Assembly: GCF_000142905.1 (NCBI RefSeq)
Contig: NW_013657631.1
Coordinates: 1-64,000, forward strand
Direction of reading: 5' to 3'
Source: Thecamonas trahens ATCC 50062
Lineage: Eukaryota > Protista > Apusomonadida
DNA length: 64,000 nt
Translations under genes and position numbers: made by a program
The notes under the pieces: model-generated
Database searches by the model: none
What the model saw: the letters and a program-made list of their open reading frames with translations, nothing else
Told to the model about the DNA's origin: nothing
Shown here: piece after piece, positions 10,008 to 20,175 of the stretch
Layout of the letters: every line of letters begins with the position of its first letter
How positions within the stretch are numbered: position 1 is the stretch's first letter

Positions 10008-12968
10008 TCACGGCAGCTGCAGCATGTACAACCCGGTGTACGTGTCGAGCAACGCGTAGCCTCGCTCAAAGTCGGTCGCAGATGGGAGCATGCCGCCCAA
10101 ACGGAGGAAAAACTGCTGATAGCCCACAAAGCTGAACGGCCAGCCGACTGTCGCCGCAAGCTCGCCACTGTCGAGGTCGCAGGCAAAGATCATCGGTGAG
10201 TCTTGTGCCTGGATCCACCCGCGCGAAGCCGTGAAGAGCGCGTCGACGTTGAGGTTGGCCTGCGACGGCGCAAACCACTTCCAACTCGGCAAGTTGACGC
10301 CCACTGCTCCGGGCCGGACCTCGTACGCCGCAATGCTGGAGCCTTGGCGGGAAACGGCAGCGTCAATGCCCGACGTCATCGTGTGGAACCGAGGAATCTG
10401 CCCGCCGCCGACCGAGCCGACCGAGTAGGCTTCGGCGCCTGCCACGCAGTCGCCGCTCTGAAGGCACGCCATCGTCCTCGCGCCAGCCAAGCTAAACAGA
10501 TACGGGCCCTTGGCTCCATCGGTGTAGCCAAAGTAACCGGTCCGCACAAAGACCTGTGCGCCTGTCGCCACGTTAAAGATGTGCATAGCCGACGAGAGCC
10601 GCGACGACGCATGGATGTAAACAAAGCCAAGCGAGTCAAAGACGGCGTTGGAGACGCCAGTTCCGATCTCGCCGCGGTCGACGTCGGTGAGCGAGGTGTT
10701 GAACTCGCGAACAACCTTGGCAGTGGCCGCGTCGATGACGGCTGCGCGGTCACCGACAAAGACCGCCACAACGCCAAGCTCACCGTCCCAGCCCAGCGAG
10801 ACTAAAGCGGCGTCCTGAGCTTCACGTACAGTAAACGGCGTCCGGACATGCTCTTTCACCGCAAGTGTGCCGAGCTCGATGCGGCGGGCCTCGACGTAGC
10901 CGGCCTCATCGTCGGCGAGGACATAGAACTCGGTGGCATCGCGGTAGACATTGCTGTTGTCGACGTACACCCGGACACCGTCAAGCGACTGCTCTCCCAT
11001 CAGCACTACTCCGTCGGTCGTCGGCATGTACGCCCGCAGTGTCTCCTTCTCCTCCACCACAAACACATCGCCTGATGCGCCCTTGCCCACAAACGACGGC
11101 GTGATCGCATACTTGCCGCTCGCGCTCGTCACATTCCAGCGGAATGGCTGTGACTTGCCCGACGCATACGTCGCAAGCGGCACTGTGGTTGCGGTCACCT
11201 CGTACCTGCACGAGGTTGCTGATGTGGCCCAGCATGTGACGGAAATGACGAACGTGTCCGGCTGCGTCACAGGCACGCTGAGCGTGTTGGTCCCATCCGA
11301 TGCCTTGGCGAGCGTCTGCTTCACATCGTACGCCGGCGATGCCACTGTCGTTGAGAGCGAGACGTCACTCGACGACGGCACAACCGAGACCACTAGCGAC
11401 GCAAACGGGTCGGTGACATCAAACGCGTACTCTTGCCCGGTCCCGCTCTCCTGGCTCGCAGCGTGTGCCGTGCCGTTGACAAGGTGCAGCGGCTCGTCGG
11501 CGAGCCAGACTTCCGGTTTGGCTAGTGCGGAGCCGGGCTCGAGATCGAGCTTAATCACCTGCGTCTTGCCGTAGTAGTGGTACGGCGGCGTGATGAACCA
11601 CGCGGTCGTGCCATCATCGGCCATCACAGCCAGCTCGGGATGGCCGGCCGGCTTTTCGAGGCCGGCCACGGTCAGTCCACGCGCGCTTACCAGCTTTCCC
11701 GAGTTGTCGTAGTCAGAGACGACGACAACGCCTTGCGTAGCATCGACGTGGTTTGCGGCGAGGCCCACAGTCGTCACACCGCCATGGAGCCGTGGGATCA
11801 TGGCCGGGAACGCCTCGCCCGATACGCCCTCGGGGTAGAGCGCGCCCGATGCCGCAACGACGGCAAAGCTTGCTGTCGCGTCGACTGTGAGCGAGCAGAG
11901 GCGCCGGTCGTCGCCCACGTGGTACGCGATGTGGAGGAGTATGAGGCTGTCGGAGATGATGTGGTTGGCGGTGAGAACAAGGGTAAGATCGTCAGCGCTG
12001 ACGCCTTTGGCAAGCGCCGCCGCCACGCCCGGACACTGGCTGCCATCGAGCTCGACCTCGATCATCTCGCACGGCAGCGGCGTGTTGGGATCGATGACCC
12101 CGCATTTGGCCGGGAGCGCGTACTTGAACGAGGTCTTGACTCCAGTCTGAGGATAAGTCCATGGCAGCGAGTAGAAGATGGCGCTGGTAGCGGATGGGCC
12201 GAGGCCGGCCACCGAGCGGGTGTCCTTGGGCGAGCCGTAGGCCCGAAAGTGTGCGCCGTCGGCGAGCGGCTTGGCATCTGGCGAGTAGACGACAGCGTAG
12301 TTGAACGTGGTGGTCGAGTCCGGATACGCCGATGCTGTCATTCCCATCTGCAGGACCTGTCGGCCCCCTGCCAGCGGGCCGGCGTATGATGGTGAGAGAT
12401 TGGCGTGCTCGTCGACGAGCACGGGGCGGCCGGCCGAGATGGTGGTGGCGTCAAAGACCAGAGCGCCGTACTTGTCGCAGTCGACGAACCACAGCGGGAC
12501 CGAAGCGTCAGCGGTCGCCGCCACAAACGCTGCGTTCTTCATGTATGCAACCTGGGGAACAGTTCTTGCCGCCTCGGCCAGTGCCGAGTTGTTGACCACG
12601 GTGATCAGCTCGAGCGAGCCGGCATCAATGACGGCAATGCCGCCAATCATGGCAATGTGGATCTCGGGCCGCCCACGTCTGGGCTTGCCCACATACCCCG
12701 CTGTGTACACCATCGTCGACTGTTGATATCCCGCCGGCAGAGCAAGCATCACGCTCGTCTGTGTCCCGTTGGTCACCGGCACCGGCGACGACACGTCTGA
12801 AAAACCCTGGCCAACTCCAATGCCCGACAAAAGTGGCTCTCCTTGACGACCGCCGGCAGTACACGCAGAGCCTGCAAACGCCGCCGCAAACACGACCACG
12901 ACCACGAACACCAGACGAGCTGATGTGGCATACGACAGCATATGGAAATTCGCTATGTGGTTGGGCAA
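10008..12968 (-). CDS. Large secreted beta-rich protein (beta-propeller-like regions around a PPC-like beta-sandwich), function unknown
   Basis: Intact 986-aa ORF with signal-peptide-like VFVVVVVFAAAFAGSAC (start may be the second Met). Central QEYAFDV...FVISVTC...YEVTAT segment resembles a pre-peptidase C-terminal domain. Confidence 0.7.
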   Translation of the reverse strand: MPNHIANFHMLSYATSARLVFVVVVVFAAAFAGSACTAGGRQGEPLLSGIGVGQGFSDVSSPVPVTNGTQTSVMLALPAGYQQSTMVYTAGYVGKPRRGRPEIHIAMIGGIAVIDAGSLELITVVNNSALAEAARTVPQVAYMKNAAFVAATADASVPLWFVDCDKYGALVFDATTISAGRPVLVDEHANLSPSYAGPLAGGRQVLQMGMTASAYPDSTTTFNYAVVYSPDAKPLADGAHFRAYGSPKDTRSVAGLGPSATSAIFYSLPWTYPQTGVKTSFKYALPAKCGVIDPNTPLPCEMIEVELDGSQCPGVAAALAKGVSADDLTLVLTANHIISDSLILLHIAYHVGDDRRLCSLTVDATASFAVVAASGALYPEGVSGEAFPAMIPRLHGGVTTVGLAANHVDATQGVVVVSDYDNSGKLVSARGLTVAGLEKPAGHPELAVMADDGTTAWFITPPYHYYGKTQVIKLDLEPGSALAKPEVWLADEPLHLVNGTAHAASQESGTGQEYAFDVTDPFASLVVSVVPSSSDVSLSTTVASPAYDVKQTLAKASDGTNTLSVPVTQPDTFVISVTCWATSATSCRYEVTATTVPLATYASGKSQPFRWNVTSASGKYAITPSFVGKGASGDVFVVEEKETLRAYMPTTDGVVLMGEQSLDGVRVYVDNSNVYRDATEFYVLADDEAGYVEARRIELGTLAVKEHVRTPFTVREAQDAALVSLGWDGELGVVAVFVGDRAAVIDAATAKVVREFNTSLTDVDRGEIGTGVSNAVFDSLGFVYIHASSRLSSAMHIFNVATGAQVFVRTGYFGYTDGAKGPYLFSLAGARTMACLQSGDCVAGAEAYSVGSVGGGQIPRFHTMTSGIDAAVSRQGSSIAAYEVRPGAVGVNLPSWKWFAPSQANLNVDALFTASRGWIQAQDSPMIFACDLDSGELAATVGWPFSFVGYQQFFLRLGGMLPSATDFERGYALLDTYTGLYMLQLP

Positions 12969-13324
12969 AGGTGAACGAGAGGTGGGCTCGCCAACGCAGA
13001 AGTCTTGCGCAGTCAGGCACCTGACGACAAGTTAGCTTGCGTATGCAGGTCGCGCCGGTCGGCGTGCGTGAGCGTGCACACGGTCGATGGACCACCAGCA
13101 AGCGGGAGCAATGATCAATCTCGCCGGAGTATGGCACAGAGACGGGCGTCACTCGATTTTGATGTTGACTCGACCGAGTTGACACGGTGCACGGCCTGGC
13201 TGACTTTGGCTTTTGCAGAGACTGATCACCCACCGCTGGCCGATCGACCCATGACAGCCTCGGCAACAGCGTGGATGAACAACAACCAGCTTGATTCAGC
13301 CCCGAGTCCGGCCCCTTCTAGCAC

Positions 13325-13410
13325 CGATCCCGTCCCGCCCATCCTCTCCCGTCGATCCCGTCCCTCCCATCCCCTCCCGTCGATCTGATCTCGTCCCTCC
13401 CATCCCGCCC
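13325..13410. repeat. ~28-bp pyrimidine-rich tandem repeat x3 in a divergent intergenic region
   Basis: CGATCCCGTCCC(G/T)CCCATCC(T/C)CTCCCGT at 13325 and 13353, with a degenerate copy at 13381. Confidence 0.75.
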
Positions 13411-13604
13411 CACCAATCCCTCTCCGCCGACCCCGCCGTACCCATCCCCCCCCTCTCCCACCCACCCGCCACCGCCAATCGGCCAATCCCGCATCGGTCA
13501 GTCGCGACACGGCCAATGCGAGCGCGACACGACTCAAACAGAGGCCTCTGCACTCTGACGGGCACCTCCACTCACGGCGCACGTGACTCCAAGGCGAGAC
13601 GACC

Positions 13605-14669
13605 ATGTTCACAGGGAGCCTACGACGGATGCTGAGCAGTAGCGCAGGAGTACTTGCTGGAAGTGGGGCGAGACAGGGCGCGGCGGCGCCGCTTGTGGTC
13701 TTCTCAAAGTCGGCCAAGGCGGCTCAGAGGGAGCGGACGGGCGGATGCGGCGAGTTTGGTGCCTCTCATGCGGTGGATGCTGACTTTCTCAAGCGGGAGC
13801 TTGCGGCTGTCATTGATGATCGCATGGATGATGTTCTGAGGGACTTCCCCACCGTGCTGGACCTTGGATCGGCTGGTGGGGCGCTCTCGCTCCGCCTCGC
13901 CGCCCGCAAGGACGTCAATCAGGTCATTGCTGCAGACTCGGCTCAGGCGCTGATGGGCAGAGATCTGATGCTGGCGCTCGGTCGGGAGCTTCCGAAGGAT
14001 AGCTCGGATCGACTCTCGTTCATCAACTCGCTGCATCCGCGCATTGAGCACGTGGTCCTGCCTGAGGCCGAGGACGCCATCGCGTCAACGCTGGGTCGCC
14101 ACGCACCGTTTGATGCGGTAGTCTCGAACCTTGCACTGCACTGGATGAACGACTTGCCGGGCGTGCTGAGCCAGATCCTGCACTTGCTCAAGCCTGACGG
14201 TCTGTTCTTGGGCACGATGTACGGCGGCGAGACGCTGCGGGAGCTGCGCATTGCGCTGCAGCTTGCGGAGACCGAGCGCGACGGCGGCATCTCGCCGCAT
14301 GTCTCGCCGCTCGCCGAGTCGCATGCCGTCGGCAACCTGCTGACGGCCGCCGGCTACTCGCTCGTCATGGTTGACGTCGACACGGTGACTGTTCACTACG
14401 CCGACGCGTTCAAGCTCATGGACGACCTGCAGCTGATGGGCGAGAACAACGCGGTGCTCTCGTCGCGCGGGTACGTGTCCAAGGACGTGCTGATGGCGGC
14501 GGCGGCGATTTACAACGAGCTGTTCTATGACGCCGAGGCTGGCGGCGTCCGCGCCACCTTTGACGTCCTCAATCTGGTCGGGTGGCGGCCGGACGCGTCG
14601 CAGCCGCAGCCGCTGGCGCGCGGCTCGGCAACAGCTTCGCTCAAGGATCTGGGACAGGGCAGCTCGTAA
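13605..14669 (+). CDS. NDUFAF5: Mitochondrial complex I assembly factor NDUFAF5 (SAM-dependent methyltransferase fold)
   Basis: Presequence-like N-terminus, VLDLGS, SNLALHWMNDLPG, LKPDG, GGETLRELR, GGISPHVSP, DLQLMGENNA, QPQPLARGSA. Confidence 0.93.
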   Translation: MFTGSLRRMLSSSAGVLAGSGARQGAAAPLVVFSKSAKAAQRERTGGCGEFGASHAVDADFLKRELAAVIDDRMDDVLRDFPTVLDLGSAGGALSLRLAARKDVNQVIAADSAQALMGRDLMLALGRELPKDSSDRLSFINSLHPRIEHVVLPEAEDAIASTLGRHAPFDAVVSNLALHWMNDLPGVLSQILHLLKPDGLFLGTMYGGETLRELRIALQLAETERDGGISPHVSPLAESHAVGNLLTAAGYSLVMVDVDTVTVHYADAFKLMDDLQLMGENNAVLSSRGYVSKDVLMAAAAIYNELFYDAEAGGVRATFDVLNLVGWRPDASQPQPLARGSATASLKDLGQGSS

Positions 14670-14703
14670 GGGCCGCGGGTGAGCGCCGTGTGCGCTCGCT
14701 CGC

Positions 14704-16138
14704 TCAGCCGACGAGCGAGTCGAGAAGCAGGAGGGTGCCAGCAAAGAGGATGCCGAGGACGGCGTCGACGACGATGTTGCCAGTAAAGCCAAAGATGACG
14801 AACCGGGCGCGGTGGGTGGTCGAGTGGATGGCAACGAGCAGCCGCTCGACAGAGTCGGACGGTAGCGCCATTTCGTACTTGAGAAGGACGTCGCGGAGGC
14901 CGCGACAAGCGCGCGACATGCGCGAGACGACGTGGAAAAAGTAGAACTGCAGCGCGCACGCGAGGACAAGGAGCCAGAGCGCAAAGGGGATCATCTCGGA
15001 AGAGATGAACGAGTCCGAGTTGGTGATGGACCAGAAGATGAGGAAGATGCCCGAGACCGAGAGGACGGTCGTTGCGGTGTAGCCTGCGCGCCAGTGTGCA
15101 ATGTGCTCGTCGATTTTCTCGAGCAGAGTGATGTGCATGGTGAGCGCGTCGTTGACCGACCGCCGGTGGCCCTCGATGGTCGACGCGTACCGCTCGATGA
15201 TGATGCGCATCAACGCCCACGTCATCGAGAACGAGCCGGCAAAGACAATGGGAATGGCGAGGACCCAGATGGAGACGATGAAGAACGGGACGGCGGCCAT
15301 GCCGAGGATGGCCAGCGGCGACCGATTGGCCACCCGCTCGAGCGGGTTGGAGGCAAAGAACATGACGCTCATGATGACCGCCGCCACCGGCACGGCCACC
15401 GCCATCCCGGCCAAGTGCCGGCGGACCACCCGCTCGGCCTGGCGCGAGTACCGCGGGCCGTACAGCACAACCTCGTCGAAGAGCTTCGCCAGATGGCCAG
15501 CCCGCGCGTACCACACCATGTGGATGTACACGAGCGGCGGAATGGCAAAGATGGAAAAGGCGCCCAGAAACGCCCCACCCGACCAGCGGACGTACGCCAC
15601 CGTGCCGAGGACAGGCATGGCAAGGAGTACAAATATCATGCCGTATGTCACCATCGAGCATGTGCACCGCACGCCCCAAGGTCCCGGTCGCCCGAGCGTC
15701 AACGCGCACGCCAGCCACCGCAGCGACCGCTGTCCGCCGCAGCACCGCCTGTGCTGGACCACTCCAGACTCGAGAAAACCCGACTCTTTCCGCTGCACAA
15801 CCGTCTCACCCACCTGCACCCGCGAGCTCGGCCGTCTCCTGCTCTGAATGCCTGTGATCTGCGAGCCTCCCGCCCCATCATCCGGCATGATGAGTGAATA
15901 AAAATTTGCAGCACCCTCACCCCCACCCCCCACCCATCACCCATCCTGGCAGCCGAACAGCACCCTCTCGCCCTCCTGCCCCGCACACAGCACGTACCAG
16001 GAACGCTTCACCGCGTCCGCGCGAATGCGCACTTTCTGAGCCGCTCCTAAACGAGCGCTCGTTGTCTTCGTACGACGAGGTGTACAGGCCGCCGCCACCA
16101 GTGCCCATGGAGTCCTCTATGTCGTCCAGCTCGGCCAT
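14704..16138 (-). CDS. Seven-TM protein with gustatory-receptor-like / 7TMIC (GRL/DUF3537-type) topology; predicted join(15998..16138,14704..15858)
   Basis: Seven hydrophobic segments, long amphipathic loops after TM4 and TM6, and a C-terminal ARFVIFGF followed by a final helix. A GTACGT...GCAG intron (15859-15997) joins exon MAELDDIEDS...GEAFL in phase 0 to ITGIQ. Confidence 0.7.
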
Positions 16139-16334
16139 GGCCGTGGTGGGGTGCGGAGTCGAGCTGAGTCGTGTGGGCGAAGCCAAAGCCACCCGACGGT
16201 CTCGAGCTATCTGCCAACCGCTGCAGCCAACCTGCTCAGCGCATCCGATGACGGAACAAGAAGATGATGGAGAAGGGTCGGCATAAGCCGATCTGGCTGG
16301 CTCTGATCATTGCCACCGAACGACGAATCATTGT

Positions 16335-16876
16335 TCTCCAACGATAACCAATGACTACAACGATGACCAACGATTACCGACAATCACCAACGATTACCAA
16401 CGATAACCACAATCATCAATCACCAACGATAACCACAACCAACAATCACCAACGATAACCAACGGTAACCACAATCATCAATCACCAACAATCACCAACG
16501 ATAACCACAATCATCAATCACCAACAATCACCAACGATAACCACAATCATCAATCACCATCGATAACCAACGATGACCACAATCATCAATAACCAACGAT
16601 AACCACAATCATCAATCACCAACAATCACCAACGATGACCACAATCATCGATAACCAACGATGACCACAATCATCAATAACCAACGATAACCACAATCAT
16701 CAATCACCAACAATCACCAACGATGACCACAATCATCAATAACCAACGATGACCACAATCATCAATAACCAACGATAACCACAATCATCAATCACCAACG
16801 ATAACCACAACCAACAATCACCAACGATAACCAACGATAACCACAATCATCAATCACCAACGATAACCACAACCAA
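16335..16876. repeat. ~540-bp C/A-rich compound minisatellite
   Basis: Irregular concatenation of CCAACGATAA/CCAACGATGA/CCAACAATCA and CCACAATCATCAAT(C/A)A modules. Almost no G outside CG. Confidence 0.95.
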
Positions 16877-16962
16877 CCGCTTCCCGCCCTCCTCCACACA
16901 CACACGCAGACACACACCTCACACACCTCGCACACCACACACCCCTCCACCTCCCACACAGG

Positions 16963-19304
16963 ATGATGGCATCAGACATGCGACGGAGACAGCATTGGGC
17001 AAGTCGATTCATCCATGGAGACGCCCGACCCACACTCGACGACGTCGAGTACACGTACAATGAGGACGTTCTGCTCGTCCGTGAGCTCGACTGCTCGGGA
17101 GGCGATGGTGGCCCGACGAGGCAATCATGGCCAGCCTTTGTCAACGACTACGTCGAGCATCACAAGGAGTTCCCTCATCTATATCCGCGCACACTTCCGC
17201 TTCCCTTTCACGTTACTCGCCGTCTCATCGAGCTCAAACTGCCGGCGCCTGGCAAGCCTCCGTCGGCGAGGTACAGGCTCATCAAGAAGGATCTCGAACT
17301 GACTCGCAGCGCACTTGGCATTTCGCCCAGAGGCAGCAACGGCGAGACTGGCTCGAGCAGGGCTGCAGGCGACGGCTTGATCTCCGGGAGTGATGACGAC
17401 GATGGCGACGGCGGCGACGGCGGTCGGGGTCGAGGCAGCGGCGGGAGCGGCGGCGATCCGCAGAACGTGGCTCGGGTCCAAATCGGGCTTGCCTGCCGCG
17501 GCCGGCCGCTAAAACGATGCTGGTGAAGCGGCAGTCTCTGGCAGACGCATCGCCGGTCATCGCCGACGTGGTCGACGGCTTTGTGCCGAGCCCGGAGATG
17601 CATGTGCCGCAACTGCAGTTCTCGGACCGCGGCGTCGTGTATGATGACGCCGACTCTTTTGACATGTTTGCGCCGCAGACCTTTGCACGGTTTGTGCTGT
17701 GGGCGGAAAACCCGCGGATTCTGAAGGAGGAGAAGGCGCTGACGAGCGAGCTGGAAGACATTGCCGCCGAGTTTAACGGCCTCAAGAGCGATCTGCGGTC
17801 TGAGCATGAGGCCGCGCGCGACTTTCGTCGCGCAGAGATCCTCAAGCTGCGGGCTCGCGAAGAGAAGCGTGTCCGAGCGGTGATGGACGCCCAGTTTGAG
17901 GCCGATGTCCGGGCGCTGCGTGTCCAGCACGAGGCGCACGTTCGTCTCGAGCTCTCCAAGCTGACCTTCAAGTACGAGGCCGTGCTCGCCGAAATCGACG
18001 CCTTTCACGAGGCGCAGCGCGAGCAGTGCCTCAAGGTTGCTGACGAGCTCGCGCACGCCCAGTTTGCCAAGCTCGAGAAGCGAGTCGACGAGGTCCGGTC
18101 GGCAACCGACCGCATCTTTGACCCGTCGAGCCTGCTCCCGCTCACCCTCCTCGCCGAACATCTCCGCGCCGAAGAGCTCAAGCTCGACTGCGTCACAGTG
18201 ATGGCGGCCAACTGGCGCAAGTATGCACACGCGCCCGAGCTCGCCTCGCCGCACCTCCGCGACGACACCCGATGCAAGATCCTGGCCGCGCTGGAAGACG
18301 ACGCGCTACTGGGCACGCTTGCGGTCGCCGACGTCGACGACGCCTGGAACTCGGTGCCTGGCCTTGCGCATCACCATCGCGACGTGGTGACGGGCGCGGG
18401 CCGGGCAATTGCGGTTGCCAAACGGTACACCAAGCGGACCACTCTCGACGTGGCACTCCTGCTCCGCGAGTTCAAGTACCGCGTGCTCCGGATCGCGCAA
18501 GAGCTTGCAAGCATTCCGCTGCTCAAGCTCAAGAAGATTCAGGCCGAGGCCGCGGGCTCGCGGACCGCCAACGAGTACGGCCCGTGGCTGGAGCTCATCG
18601 GCCACGAGCTGGAGAAGCGACAGCGCTCAAACCCGACCTTGACCCTCAAGCGCGGCGTCTGCTCTGCCGCCGCGCACGTGAACGGCCTGGTGGCCAAGCC
18701 GCGCCAGCCGCTGCTGTACGTGCTTGTGCACGCCGCGACTGCGCCACGGACCGAGTCCCAGTACGGCGCGTGCTACTTTGAGGCCACAGTCCTCGCCGCG
18801 CCGCACGACCCGGCGCTGGGCACGGTGGCGCTCGGCCTCGACGTGCCGCGGTCAGTGGTGGAGGATGTGGTGCCAGGCATCACGCCCGAGCCGACGTTTG
18901 TGGCGCTCAACAACGAGCACGTCGCCGCCGGCGAAGACGCACTCGCGTCAGAGCCGTACGGCTTTGTCTGGCAGTCGGACGGTTACATCCACGCCGGCGG
19001 AACGTCGCACTTTGTGGGCGTTGGCTTCCGCGAGGCCGACGTCATCGGCGTCGGCCTCGACCAAGGTGAGCGACAGATCCACTTTTACAAGAACGGCGAG
19101 TCGCTCTTCTCGCTCCTGGCCGACGATTCAGTCCTCCCGCGGCTCAGGATCGAGACTGCGGGGTACTCGCTGGTGCCGGCTGTCTCGTTCTACGCGGCGC
19201 TCGATCCGGACGCGGTCGAGGTCGAGTTCAACTTTGCCGGCCCGTTTGACGCCGAGCTCCCTGCCCACTTTGGCCCGATGTCGTCCGGCGCGTCGACGCT
19301 GTGA
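16963..19304 (+). CDS. Coiled-coil + BACK-like + SPRY (B30.2) protein; probable frameshift near 17420-17510
   Basis: ORF 17517-19304 has SPRY motifs (CYFEATV, DVIGVGLD..IHFYKNG, LVPAVS, VEFNF) and BACK-like LLAEHLRAEELKLDCVTVMAANW. ORF 16963-17526 overlaps it and has coding-like codon usage. Confidence 0.7.
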
Positions 19305-19308
19305 GGCG

Positions 19309-20013
19309 TCACAGACTGCTGCCGCTGCCAAAGACGTCGTCGAGCGCGCCGGTTACGAGCGACGGCGAGGCGGTCGAGAACATGGTCGTTGGATACACCG
19401 CGGTGCCCCATTCGGGGTGTGACAGCATGGTGCACGGTCCAGAGATGACCGTCGGGTAGCGGAGGAGTGTCAGCGTGTGCGTCACGTCCGCATACGTCGA
19501 CGGCCCGGGCTGCGATCGCTGTGGAATGCCCGACGCGGGGTCGGTAAAGTCAAAGACGTACGGCGGCGCGCCTGCAGCTCGCGCTCTGGCGGCCAGCGCG
19601 GCCTCGACAGCCTCTGCTAGCGCCACAAAGTTCTCCAGCAGCACATCCTTCTCGCCGGCCGCAATGGCTGACCAATCAGCAAGATCGGCTGCGGCATATT
19701 GAGAGATCGGCACCACAACGGCGTTAGTTTCGGCCACAGCAGCCCGACCGTGGCATGGCTTCACCCACTCTGGGAACACGCTCACCAGCGACATGGTCAT
19801 CGCTCTCGGCATGCGATGAACAGAGAACTCGCACTCGATGCCGCCAAACACACCGCGCCGCGGTCCTGCCAGACACCACTTGCGCCCGGCGACGAGGACT
19901 CTTCCACCAGCATCAGCCCCCGCCTCCGCACCCTCAATCGCCTCCCCAATCGCCAGCCCGTCGCCAGCCACCGCTTCCCCAGCCTCCCCGGCAGTCTCCA
20001 CATGCACAGCCAT
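19309..20013 (-). CDS. MMADHC: Cobalamin trafficking protein CblD-like
   Basis: EKDVLLENF, DFTDPASG, GPCTMLSHPEWGTAVYPTTMFSTA match the MMADHC C-terminal pattern. ATG at 20013, downstream of a (TG)n tract. Confidence 0.8.
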   Translation of the reverse strand: MAVHVETAGEAGEAVAGDGLAIGEAIEGAEAGADAGGRVLVAGRKWCLAGPRRGVFGGIECEFSVHRMPRAMTMSLVSVFPEWVKPCHGRAAVAETNAVVVPISQYAAADLADWSAIAAGEKDVLLENFVALAEAVEAALAARARAAGAPPYVFDFTDPASGIPQRSQPGPSTYADVTHTLTLLRYPTVISGPCTMLSHPEWGTAVYPTTMFSTASPSLVTGALDDVFGSGSSL

Positions 20014-20028
20014 GACACAAGACAAAGT

Positions 20029-20030
<2 letters not shown>

Positions 20031-20059
<29 letters not shown>
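20031..20059. repeat. (CA)n microsatellite
   Basis: About 14 CA units. Confidence 0.95.
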
Positions 20060-20061
<2 letters not shown>

Positions 20062-20175
20062 GAAACGCTTCACAGAGCCCACGCACAACTCTCTATGAGA
20101 GCGGCGTGAGCAAATAGCCCGACTCTGGCAATCTCTGTCCTCATCGATGTGGTGGAGCCGGCTGACGTGGCGGGA

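Noticed and set aside
14932-15897. Long antisense or alternate-frame ORFs over real genes (also 17208-18254, 26881-28422, 38403-40490)
   Set aside because: Expected shadows of high GC3 codon bias, with Arg/Pro/Ser-rich composition and no motifs.
16335-16876. Telomeric repeat or CRISPR
   Set aside because: No fixed-period TTAGGG-like unit and no repeat-spacer structure; it lies internally between two genes.
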